The notes beneath the pieces were generated by a model, which saw only the letters and a list, made by a program, of their open reading frames with translations, did not search any database and was not told the DNA's origin. DNA of 64,000 nt from Dehalococcoidia bacterium (GTDB lineage Bacteria > Chloroflexota > Dehalococcoidia > Lucifugimonadales > GCA-2712585): assembly GCA_965261665.1 (NCBI GenBank), contig OZ253467.1, positions 321,926 through 385,925 on the forward strand, in the 5' to 3' direction. Below, piece by piece: positions 26,281 through 34,413 of the stretch (the stretch's first letter is position 1; each line of letters starts with the position of its first letter). Made by a program: the position numbers and the translations under genes.

Positions 26281-27051
26281 TTAGAGACGGCGACCGGCGT
26301 GCCGGGAGCCACCGTCGACGACGTAGGTGGCGCCGCTGACGAAAGACGCTTCGTCGGAGGCCAGGAAGAGGATGGCGTTGGCTATCTCCTCGGGACGCCC
26401 TATGCGACCCAGGGGGTGCTCAAGGGCCGCTTCCTCCAGCGTCTGTGCGCTCTGGGTGCTACCTCTGGCCTGGGGGGTGTCCACCGGGCCGGGGACTACG
26501 CAGTTGACGCGAATGCCTTGGGACGTGTACTGGCCGGAAATGACGGAGGTCAGGTGAATGACCCCTACCTTGCTGATGTTGTAGGGCAGGGAGCGGGTCC
26601 AGGCGTCCAGGCCAGCCGACGAGGAGATGTTGACGATTGAGCCGCTGCCATGCTTAAGCATGACGGGGATGGCGGCCTTGCAGGTCAAGAAGGTCCCCTT
26701 GAGATTGGTATCCATGATGAGGTCCCACTGACGCTCCTCGATGTCCACCAAAGGCGGCGTGAGCATGAGGATGGCGGCCAGGTTCACCAGCACGTCGACC
26801 CTGCCGAAGCGTTCGACAGTGCGGTCAACCATATTCTGGACCTGGCCCCACTTGGAAACGTCGACGGCCACCATGTCCACGTCGGGAGTGATCTTCTTGA
26901 CCATGGCCATGGTCTCCTGCGCGCCTGCGACGTTGCGGTCGGCAATCATCACCTTTGCGCCTTCTTCGGCAAATCTGAGGGCGGTGGCCCTGCCCATGCC
27001 CGTGGCACCTCCGGCCAGAATTGCAACCTTGCCCGCCAATCTATCGCCCAT
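26281..27051 (-). CDS. SDR family oxidoreductase (paralog B)
   Basis: KVAILAGGATGMGRA and YNISKVG motifs. Strong similarity to 24097..24867 (RFAEEGAKVMIADRN, LTPPL, CKAAIPVM). Confidence 0.85.
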   Translation of the reverse strand: MGDRLAGKVAILAGGATGMGRATALRFAEEGAKVMIADRNVAGAQETMAMVKKITPDVDMVAVDVSKWGQVQNMVDRTVERFGRVDVLVNLAAILMLTPPLVDIEERQWDLIMDTNLKGTFLTCKAAIPVMLKHGSGSIVNISSSAGLDAWTRSLPYNISKVGVIHLTSVISGQYTSQGIRVNCVVPGPVDTPQARGSTQSAQTLEEAALEHPLGRIGRPEEIANAILFLASDEASFVSGATYVVDGGSRHAGRRL

Positions 27052-27252
27052 CCGACTGCACCACTCCATACGTAGAAATAGGGTAGTAACCCCGCAAGAC
27101 AGGGCCATTATAGGTTGGGAAAAGAGGCACCGCAAGGTGGGGCAAGAGCGTTGATTCTTTGGAGGGACGCCGCGAGACGGTTGGTTTTAGAAGGGAGCGG
27201 GGCAGATAATTGCGTTCTTTACCCACATAACCATTGGGAGTAGAATGCGTAG

Positions 27253-27456
27253 ATGGAAGTCCTTCAGAATATCGGCTGGATACTGCTTTACGTCTTCGTG
27301 ATCACCTTTATCCCCACCATTGTAGTGCTGCTGGCGTCCTTCCTCACGGGGCTGGGATTCTTGATTCGCGACGTGAAGCATGACATCGCCAAGGCCCTGA
27401 ACAAGCGCAAGGAGCAGGAGGAAGGGGAGAGCGTCGAGTGGGAGCGCGAGTCATGA
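27253..27456 (+). CDS. Small membrane protein (hypothetical)
   Basis: 67 aa with one long hydrophobic segment and a charged tail. Confidence 0.3.
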   Translation: MEVLQNIGWILLYVFVITFIPTIVVLLASFLTGLGFLIRDVKHDIAKALNKRKEQEEGESVEWERES

Positions 27457-27490
27457 GATGGGGTAGGGTGGTATAAAGACATACAAGGCG

Positions 27491-28165
27491 GTGATTTTCG
27501 ACCTCTACGGCACCTTGATTGATGAACTGATGCATCCTGAGGCCAACCGGCTCGTCTACGTTCAAAAGAGGAACGAAATGGCCGACGCTCTCGGCGTAGA
27601 CAGGGATGAGTTCGCCAAAGAGTGGACCGATGCTCTATATCAGCGCATGGCCGGAGTCTTTTCCTCTACCGAAGCAGCACTGGTTCATATTTGCAGGAGA
27701 TTGGGAGTAGAGCCTAGCGAAGATCGCATAACGGCCAGTGCTAAGCAAAGGTTCGAGTACGTGAGAGACGCTTTATCTCCCCGCCCGGGCGTGGTCGAGA
27801 CGCTCTCCATCCTGAAGGACCAAGGATATGAGGTCGGACTGATTAGCAACTGCACGGAGGAGGTGTGCCGATTGTGGGACTCGACGGCCTTAGCGCCTCT
27901 GTTTGACGTTGCCGTGCTCTCATTTGACGTCGGTATGGCAAAGCCCGACCCTCGAATCTACGAATTGGCGACGGAAAGACTTGGAGTAGACGCCAATGAT
28001 TGCCTGTACGTTGGGGACGGCAGCGACGGCGAGCTTAGCGGCGCGGCGCAGGCGGGGATGACCGCCGTGCTCATGCGCGCGCCGGACGATCAGACAGACG
28101 GCAATCGCGAAGGCTGGAAGGGCGCGAGAATCTCAAGTATTCCGAGCGTGCTGAATCTTATCTGA
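27491..28165 (+). CDS. HAD-superfamily hydrolase
   Basis: VIFDLYGTLID (DxDxT-type motif I), LISNC and YVGDGSDGEL (motif IV). Confidence 0.8.
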   Translation: MIFDLYGTLIDELMHPEANRLVYVQKRNEMADALGVDRDEFAKEWTDALYQRMAGVFSSTEAALVHICRRLGVEPSEDRITASAKQRFEYVRDALSPRPGVVETLSILKDQGYEVGLISNCTEEVCRLWDSTALAPLFDVAVLSFDVGMAKPDPRIYELATERLGVDANDCLYVGDGSDGELSGAAQAGMTAVLMRAPDDQTDGNREGWKGARISSIPSVLNLI

Positions 28166-28365
28166 TTCCGTTAGCTGTATTGTCCATATTGCTCAACAAG
28201 CAAGGGTGCGAAGCGGCTTGTCTCCAAACAATATCATACAACTCGTTATCCAATCGATTCCCAAGATGAGACCATGACGTTGCAGTGTAGATCGTATGAT
28301 TAGCTTGTTTGTATTCGTTAGTATAGTGTAGACTGCTGAGCCGAGCCTATAGGAGGTCAGTCACT

Positions 28366-28554
28366 ATGCCAATTAGCAGAGGTGGAATCACGCAGGCTCA
28401 ACTTAAGAGTGCATTGGAACCTTACGCCACCAAAAAAGACCTTGAGCAAGGCTTTAACCAAGTGGTAGAAGAACTGGACACCTTGCACGGGCAGATGGCC
28501 CAAGTGAACGAGAAACTGGACAAGTTGCTAAACGGAAGCAAACCTGTCGGGTAA
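28366..28554 (+). CDS. Small coiled-coil protein (hypothetical)
   Basis: AGGAGG lies 8 nt upstream of the ATG. It shares the ATKKDL motif with the 61-aa proteins at 59579 and 61040 but lacks their TM tail. Confidence 0.45.
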   Translation: MPISRGGITQAQLKSALEPYATKKDLEQGFNQVVEELDTLHGQMAQVNEKLDKLLNGSKPVG

Positions 28555-28832
28555 CCATGCCAATACATGAGAGGCCGATGGGCGGACCAACAATATCATC
28601 ATGCGGGAGCGCATCGCTGATGTGATGCTCAGAGCTAAGTTCAAGAAGGTCCAGAAGTACGAACAGGAACAGACAAGGGGGCGTTACCAGCGGCCCCTTG
28701 TCTTAAACAAATACATATTTGCTAAGTCAATTTTCGATTGCCACCCCAGACAAGAGGCGAGGGATCCTTCCCAGCGCCAGAACCTCCAACTATGGGAAAT
28801 CGTCAGTTAGACGTGGGATTTGACGTGCTGAA

Positions 28833-29498
28833 TTAACCCAAAAGGCGTTGCAATAGGTCAGTTGGATCTATGCGGGCGGCGGCAGCTTCTAGGCACTGCG
28901 CCCATTGGGGGCTGCTGACCAGATGCTCGAAGGGCTTGGGGGGAGATGGCTCGGCGGCGTGCTCTTGCAACGTCAGTCGCCAGAAGCCAACGTCGTGCCA
29001 CCGGCCCAGCTTGAACCCCACGGAGGGAAAGACACCCACAGGCTTGAAGCCCATACGCTCGTGGAGGTTTACGCTGGCGGGGTTGGGAAGGGATATGCCA
29101 GCGTATGCGTTGAAGTAGCCAAGGATGCGCAGTCCCTCCAGCAGCGAAGTGTATAGGGCAGACGCTACGCCCCGACCCCTGAATTCCTCGCCCACATACA
29201 CGGAAACTTCCACGGACCACCGATAGCCAGCCCTGTTTCGGAAGGGGGCGGCGTAGGCGTATCCCGCGACTCGGTTTTGACACACGCACACGAGCCAGGG
29301 AAGGCGTTGGAGGGTTTGCGTAATTCTCTGTCGAAATTCCTCCTCGGAAGGGGTCTCTATTTCGAAGGAAATGGCCGTCCCCAGAACGACCGGCTCATAT
29401 ATGTCGAGCATCTGCCGAGCGTCATCCGGGGTGGCAAGCCTGATGATGTAGGGGGCGGGGGGCACGTCAAGGCCCAGATTCAACGGAGGCGAGGGCAT
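28833..29498 (-). CDS. GNAT N-acetyltransferase (phosphinothricin acetyltransferase-like)
   Basis: IRLATPDDARQMLDIY, VAGYAYAAPFR, RGRGVASALY and NPASVNLHERMGF motifs. Confidence 0.8.
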   Translation of the reverse strand: MPSPPLNLGLDVPPAPYIIRLATPDDARQMLDIYEPVVLGTAISFEIETPSEEEFRQRITQTLQRLPWLVCVCQNRVAGYAYAAPFRNRAGYRWSVEVSVYVGEEFRGRGVASALYTSLLEGLRILGYFNAYAGISLPNPASVNLHERMGFKPVGVFPSVGFKLGRWHDVGFWRLTLQEHAAEPSPPKPFEHLVSSPQWAQCLEAAAARIDPTDLLQRLLG

Positions 29499-30616
29499 CT
29501 TTGATTTCCTGCCGGATCCCCCGCTTCGTCGATTTCGGACGGGAGGGCGCGTTGGAGCGCCGTGTGCACGTCTGTGCCGTCCAGCCTACCTAAGGCCCAC
29601 GCCGCATGACGCCGAACCAGGGGTTTCTCCTCGTCCAAGGCACGGGTCAGGGCCGGAATTGCCGAAAGGTCACCGGCGTTTCCCAGAGCCACGCAAGCGT
29701 TGCGTTTTAGTCCAATGAGCTTGGCCCGCTTTAACGGACTGCCGGAGAAGCGACGGCGGAATTCTTCGTCGGTCATTTCCAGCATTTCAAGCAGCTGAAT
29801 GGTGGTGAACCGCTTCTTTCGAAAAGCCTGCTCGCGAGTGTAGAGAGCCTTGACGTTCACGGGGCAAACGTCCTGGCAGATGTCGCAGCCAAAGACCCAG
29901 TCGGACATCAGTGGACGCATTTCCGGCGGAATGTCGCCCCGGTTCTCGATGGTCTGGTGGGAGATACACCGCTGGTTGTCGAGGACGTAGGGGGCGGTCA
30001 GCGCGCCGGTGGGACACGCCTGCAGGCAGAGGACGCAGGAGCCACAGGATTTCTTGAGGGGAAGGTCAAGCTTCAGTTCGAGGTCTGTCACAACCTGGCC
30101 GAGAAAGACCCATGAGCCGTGGCTAGAGGTGAGCACATTGGTGTTCTTGCCAAACCAACCTACACCGGCCCGCCGAGCCGCCGCCCTATCGAGCATTGGC
30201 CCATCGTCCACGTACCAGCGGGCCTTGATCTCCCGGCCGAGACGCTCCGATAGACCGCTAACGTAGAGCTTGAGGCGCTTCTTCATCACCTTGTGATAAT
30301 CGTCTCCCCAGGCGTAGCGGGCCACCCGGCCCTCCAGTGCACGAGGCTCACCCTCAAAGGGGAGGTGATAGCTCAGCGCCACTGAGATGATGCTGCGAGC
30401 GCCGGGTAGCAGCCGTTGGGGGTCTGCGCCGCGCTCAACCCGCGCCTCGTTGAACCAGGACAGGCCGTCCATGAGGCCGTCGCGCAGTCGCTGCAGGGTC
30501 ACTCGCTTGTCGTTATCGAAGGGGGCGGCGGAGGCAATGCCGACCAGGTCGAACCCCACCTCAAGGGCGTGATCCTTCACCAGGTTTTCGACGGAACCAA
30601 CCTTGTTCTTCGTCAT
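29480..30616 (-). CDS. queG: tRNA epoxyqueuosine(34) reductase
   Basis: Motifs GVGWFGKNTNV, CGSCVLCLQACPTGAL and CDICQDVCPVN, plus a C-terminal HEAT-like tail. The start is uncertain (ATG 30616 or TTG 30658). Confidence 0.85.
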   Translation of the reverse strand: MTKNKVGSVENLVKDHALEVGFDLVGIASAAPFDNDKRVTLQRLRDGLMDGLSWFNEARVERGADPQRLLPGARSIISVALSYHLPFEGEPRALEGRVARYAWGDDYHKVMKKRLKLYVSGLSERLGREIKARWYVDDGPMLDRAAARRAGVGWFGKNTNVLTSSHGSWVFLGQVVTDLELKLDLPLKKSCGSCVLCLQACPTGALTAPYVLDNQRCISHQTIENRGDIPPEMRPLMSDWVFGCDICQDVCPVNVKALYTREQAFRKKRFTTIQLLEMLEMTDEEFRRRFSGSPLKRAKLIGLKRNACVALGNAGDLSAIPALTRALDEEKPLVRRHAAWALGRLDGTDVHTALQRALPSEIDEAGDPAGNQRCPRLR

Positions 30617-30679
30617 TGGAGACGCCGCTTTCTCATGGGCTGGGTATGGAACGGACAAGGCGTCTCTCAGGGCAGGAGG

Positions 30680-31078
30680 CTAAAGGGGCTTGCGGGAGGC
30701 ATAGCCTTCGTGGACGCCGTGCCAGAAAGCGATGTCCTCTTCTCCCCGCAGCCAGCAGAGGAAGACCTCTTGGCCTTCGCGCTGAGCGAGGAAATCCACC
30801 AACCCGGACGAGAGGTCGCGGAAAATGATGCCCCGGTCGGTAATCTCTTTAGCCAGGGCAGAAGTTTTGGTCATGGCGTCTTCGACGGCTTTTTGGGTGG
30901 ATGCAATTTCCTTTTCCACACCACCCTTGCCGTTGCTGCGGCTCATTCGGAAGACATCCACGGAATCCTGCTGACGACGGTTCTCTTCTTCCCTAGCCGC
31001 GTCCAGCTTGTCGAACTGGTCGGCAAGCCAGGGGAGAATACTGCGGGCTTCGTGGAGGGTAAAGAAACGATTGACCAT
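30680..31078 (-). CDS. DUF2203 family protein
   Basis: FTLHEARSILPWL...GLVDFLAQREGQEVFLCWLRGEEDIAFWH. Confidence 0.7.
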   Translation of the reverse strand: MVNRFFTLHEARSILPWLADQFDKLDAAREEENRRQQDSVDVFRMSRSNGKGGVEKEIASTQKAVEDAMTKTSALAKEITDRGIIFRDLSSGLVDFLAQREGQEVFLCWLRGEEDIAFWHGVHEGYASRKPL

Positions 31079-31186
31079 TACACAAATACTATAACACGGG
31101 TAGGTGGTGGCCGGCGGCAAACGGCGTTGGGGTCGAGGGTTTCTGGCGTATTAGGAACGGGCGGGTAAGACAGACGAGGGGCACTT

Positions 31187-31366
31187 CTACTCGTCCAACT
31201 TCGGTCTGGCAATGAAGAAGCCCCAGATGAGGACCAAGCATACAAAAATCAGCGTTTCCATGGCGCCGGGCCAAGGGGAAAAGTCAATTGCCACGGAGAG
31301 AACCGCAATGGGAAGCAACATCCAGAAAAGCCACCGCTTCAACACTGTCATATTGGCGTTACCCAT
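31187..31366 (-). CDS. Small membrane protein (59 aa, below the ORF-track cutoff)
   Basis: Hand translation MGNANMTVLKRWLFWMLLPIAVLSVAIDFSPWPGAMETLIFVCLVLIWGFFIARPKLDE*. GGAGG lies 6 nt upstream. Confidence 0.4.
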   Translation of the reverse strand: MGNANMTVLKRWLFWMLLPIAVLSVAIDFSPWPGAMETLIFVCLVLIWGFFIARPKLDE

Positions 31367-31423
31367 GGAATACCTCCGAAGTCTCGTTGCTCTCGTCTAG
31401 CGCCGCCTCAAGGGGACGGCCCT

Positions 31424-31509
31424 TGGTGCCGGGGGCGGGATTCGAACCCACACACCCGTGAAGGTAGCGGATTTTAAGTCCGCCGCGTCTACCATTCCGC
31501 CACCCCGGC
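31424..31509 (-). tRNA. tRNA-Leu (anticodon UAA)
   Basis: GCCGGGGTGGCGGAATGGTAGAC..GCGGA-CTTAAAA-TCCGC, long variable arm, GGTTCGAATCC, encoded CCA. Confidence 0.92.
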
Positions 31510-31639
31510 TTTTACTTTGAACAACAGCCAGGAGGCCCTTTTTCTTTCCCTTGGTCGATCCCGTACAAGCTCGCGAGGCGGTGCGCGCTTGCCTGTTGGC
31601 TACCATCGCCTGGGTACGGCAATCCAAGAGGGAGGAAAT

Positions 31640-31715
31640 TGGAGGCGACGGGCGGAATCGAACCGCCGAATAGGGGTTTTGCAGACCCCCGCCTTAACCA
31701 CTTGGCTACGTCGCC
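31640..31715 (-). tRNA. tRNA-Cys (anticodon GCA)
   Basis: GGCGACGTAGCCAAGTGG..GGGGT-CTGCAAA-ACCCC..GGTTCGATTCC..CGTCGCCTCCA. Confidence 0.92.
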
Positions 31716-31731
31716 CTTTCACCTAGCTCCT

Positions 31732-31818
31732 TGGTGCCGAGGGCGGGACTTGAACCCACACGAGCTTACGCCCACAGCCCCCTCAAGACTGCGTGTCTAC
31801 CAATTCCACCACCTCGGC
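31732..31818 (-). tRNA. tRNA-Leu (anticodon GAG)
   Basis: GCCGAGGTGGTGGAATTGGTAGAC..CAGTC-TTGAGGG-GGCTG, long variable arm, GGTTCAAGTCC, encoded CCA. Confidence 0.9.
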
Positions 31819-31918
31819 ACGGCAGACAGCAATACTATATCAGAAACCAAGGCGGCCCTCAAAGGGTTCAGGGTTGGTTACGTGGTCACCCTCTCGCGGA
31901 TGGGTGTAGATTTGTGAT

Positions 31919-31996
31919 TGGCAGGAGCGGGAGGATTCGAACCCCCGGCCACTGGTTTTGGAGACCAGCGCTCTGGCCAGACTGAGCTACGCTCCT
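31919..31996 (-). tRNA. tRNA-Trp (anticodon CCA)
   Basis: AGGAGCGTAGCTCAG..CTGGT-CTCCAAA-ACCAG..GGTTCGAATCC..CGCTCCTGCCA. Confidence 0.92.
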
Positions 31997-31997
31997 G

Positions 31998-32073
31998 TGG
32001 TACCCCTGGAGGGATTCGAACCCCCGACGCGCGGCTTAGGAAGCCACCGCTCTATCCTCTGAGCTACAGGGGC
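31998..32073 (-). tRNA. tRNA-Arg (anticodon CCU)
   Basis: GCCCCTGTAGCTCAGAGGATAGAGC..GTGGC-TTCCTAA-GCCGC..GGTTCGAATCC..ACCA. Only 1 nt separates it from tRNA-Trp. Confidence 0.9.
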
Positions 32074-32076
32074 TTA

Positions 32077-32152
32077 TGGTGGAGATAGGGGGAATCGAAC
32101 CCCCAACCTCGGCATTGCGAACGCCGCGCTCTCCCAATTGAGCTATATCCCC
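32077..32152 (-). tRNA. tRNA-Ala (anticodon CGC)
   Basis: GGGGATATAGCTCAATTGG..CGGCG-TTCGCAA-TGCCG..GGTTCGATTCC. The G3:U70 identity pair is present, and CCA is encoded. Confidence 0.92.
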
Positions 32153-32199
32153 GCAAAGGGCCCGATTTGTTCCCCTCCAGTGCGTGGGAATAAAAGAAA

Positions 32200-32229
32200 A
32201 TGCTATCTCACGCCCCAAGGAAGTGTCAA
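32200..32229 (-). promoter_or_regulatory. Candidate sigma70-type promoter of the tRNA cluster
   Basis: The minus strand reads TTGACA-18 nt-TAGCAT, about 48 nt upstream of the tRNA-Ala 5' end. Confidence 0.35.
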
Positions 32230-32437
32230 GGGAGAGGCAGCAGTGGCGGGACAAGGTTTACCTGATTCTTGTACGTGAACATGCTGTTATTGTTACCTGT
32301 TACGAAACAACTTTTACTATCGTCTGAGGGCGCCATCTTGGAATTGACAAGAGGCAGTGGACATCAGCTTCAGGATTCGTAAGCTCCAGAGAATTATCAA
32401 CTCACAACGAAACCTCAAATAGAGCTACGGAATTGCT

Positions 32438-32670
32438 ATGATAGAGGCAATCCGGAGACGGATGGCGGTCTTGAGGAACGCGTCGAATCTTTCCTGCGTT
32501 TCCACCAACTTACCGGCAACAGGGAAGGGGAGTTTGCCGTAGATCTCTCGCAGCCACATCGTCTGGTATTCGTGCCCAACCACGAGCCTATGCCCACGAG
32601 GGAAGACGGGGGATTGGATAGAGGCAGGATAACGGCCATTGTTATCTTGGCGGTTGTTGACTACCACTAA
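32438..32670 (+). pseudogene. HigB/RelE-superfamily toxin remnant (frameshifted)
   Basis: Hand translation in frame 1 gives ..FLRFHQLTGNREGEFAVDLSQPHRLVFVPNHEP..RITAIVILAVVDYH*, with a HigB-type end. The N-terminal part, MIEAIRRRMAVLRNASNLS, is in another frame starting at ATG 32438. No in-frame start exists for the C-terminal part. Confidence 0.5.
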
Positions 32671-32681
32671 GGAGGGTAGCT

Positions 32682-33766
32682 ATGCCCAAAGCAAAGTATG
32701 TATATCAACCTGATTATGCAGTGCATCCAGGAGAAATTCTTGGGGAGCATTGCAGATGTCCCAGGCTGAACTGGCGAGACGTTGCAACCACTCTTCCAAG
32801 CTGATTAGCGAGATAATTTCAGGGAAGGCACCTATAGAACCTGCTACCGCAGTTCATCTGGAGAAGGCATTGGGATTGAACGCTCGGATCTGGCTCGGCA
32901 TCGAGGCGGATTACCGGCTCCACTTGCAACGTGAGGTTGAGGCACAAGGGGCGGCGAGGCAGATGGCTTGGGCGAAGAACTTTCCCGTCGGAGAATTGGC
33001 AAAGCGTGGGACTATATCAAAGTTCGCTAAGAAGGTGGACCTAGTCGAGGCCGTCTTGCGCTTCTTCGGCGTGAGTTCCGTAGATGCGTGGGAAGCCACC
33101 TATGGTGACAAGCTGCTTTCCAGCGTTGCTTTCCCACACTCGCCATTGTACAGCAGCAACCAGTTCGCCCTGGCCACGTGGCTACGTTTGGGGGAGATAG
33201 AAGCGGAGGGAATATCCACAGGGCCATACAACAAGCCTTCGTTCCTCAAAGCCCTGGCAGGGATTAGAAGATTGACGGCGACGCAATCAACCGAATCGCT
33301 CGATACCACACAAAAGCTGTGCGCAGAAGCGGGCGTGGCACTAGCCATCGTCAAGCCCCTACCCAAGACCTCTCTTCACGCAGTAACGAGATGGATCTCT
33401 ACCAAGAAGGCAGTCATCCAATTGACGGCACGCCACATGCGCGACGATCAACTCTGGTTCAGCCTCTTCCACGAAGCCGCACATATCCTATTTGATGGTA
33501 AGAGTCGAGTATTTTTGCACTCAAGAGGAGACCAACCCGAAGAATTTGAAGAGAGGGCAAACCGGTGGGCCGCTGATTTTCTTATACCTAGCGGGGACTG
33601 GAGAACGTTTTCTGACGCTCGCGAATTCACTGCTGGGGACGTTGTCTCCTTCGCTGACAAACAGGGTATATCCCCGGGCATTGTAGTAGGGAGATTGCAG
33701 CACGAGGAAAGAATCCCTTGGAGCCATCTCAATGATTTAAAGGCTTCGTTGGAATGGAAGGCGTAG
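32682..33766 (+). pseudogene. HTH(XRE)-ImmA/IrrE (COG2856) metallopeptidase antitoxin-like gene with an apparent 1-nt frameshift near 32748
   Basis: ATG 32682 with AAGGAGGG upstream encodes MPKAKYVYQPDYAVHPGEILGE(H), then falls out of frame. The track ORF 32750..33766 continues as LQMSQAELARRC.. (HTH) and contains HEAAHILFD (HExxH). Confidence 0.7.
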
Positions 33767-33797
33767 GGGATTTGGGGCGGGGCCGCAGGTTGCGGGG

Positions 33798-34268
33798 ATG
33801 GTGCTGCGTACGGGGCTGATAGGGATGCTGTTCTGCTGGGGCGTCTATGCTCTCCAAATGGCCACTAATCACATGGTAGTCCACATCATGACTCACGGTA
33901 TCGGTGGAGGAACCGGGCCGGGAGCGCAAGCCCAGCTGCAGGATCTTGCGGTGACTATTTACGCTGTCGGCGGCGCACTGCATATTGGCTTCCTTTCCAT
34001 CTCGTGCGTCGCGTCCATTTTGCTGGGACTCGGTCTCGCGTCCAGGTTCTCAGAGATGAATCCCTACAAGGCGGCCGCCTACGGACTGGTGTTCATCGGA
34101 GTGTTGCTGCTGCTGAACCTGATAATCCTCCAGCACATCCACGACGTCAACATCAGCGTCATACTGTTGATTTCCAGCGGCACACTTTTCCTCGGCACCG
34201 TCTGCTACTTCGTCCTTGGAATCGGGCTGTACAAGGGTCGTAGAGAACTGCTTCCTGACGGAGGCTAA
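33798..34268 (+). CDS. Hypothetical 4-TM membrane protein
   Basis: 156 aa with four hydrophobic segments. Confidence 0.5.
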   Translation: MVLRTGLIGMLFCWGVYALQMATNHMVVHIMTHGIGGGTGPGAQAQLQDLAVTIYAVGGALHIGFLSISCVASILLGLGLASRFSEMNPYKAAAYGLVFIGVLLLLNLIILQHIHDVNISVILLISSGTLFLGTVCYFVLGIGLYKGRRELLPDGG

Positions 34269-34413
34269 GGCCCGGTTCGCAACGCTAACCCGCGCTCAAG
34301 GAAGCAGTGAATTCTTGACACCCTGTTTCCGCAAAGGCTATTATTACGAAATTCGGATTCCTGCATATCAATTATAAAAACTGAATAGTAGGGTCTATTT
34401 TTTCGGAAGGACG

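Noticed and set aside
28601-28810. 69-aa ORF, plus a GACAAGGGG..CCCCTTGTC hairpin (28671-28701) that might be a terminator.
   Set aside because: The ORF has no RBS and the hairpin lies inside it. The hairpin lacks a following T-run on either strand, so neither feature could be supported.
31510-31639. A 130-nt spacer between tRNA-Leu and tRNA-Cys, checked for an extra tRNA or small RNA (SRP, 6S).
   Set aside because: I could not fold a cloverleaf or find any conserved SRP or 6S motifs by eye.
32425-32667. 80-aa minus-strand ORF next to the tRNA cluster.
   Set aside because: The plus strand over the same DNA encodes a recognisable HigB-type C-terminus ending DYH* immediately before the RBS of the HTH-ImmA gene. 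The minus-strand ORF has no features of its own.
32153-34300. Possible integrated element at the tRNA cluster (integrase, att repeat).
   Set aside because: There is no integrase or recombinase ORF, and I saw no duplicated tRNA 3' segment. The islet faces the 5' side of the tRNA genes, which is atypical for tRNA-targeted integration.
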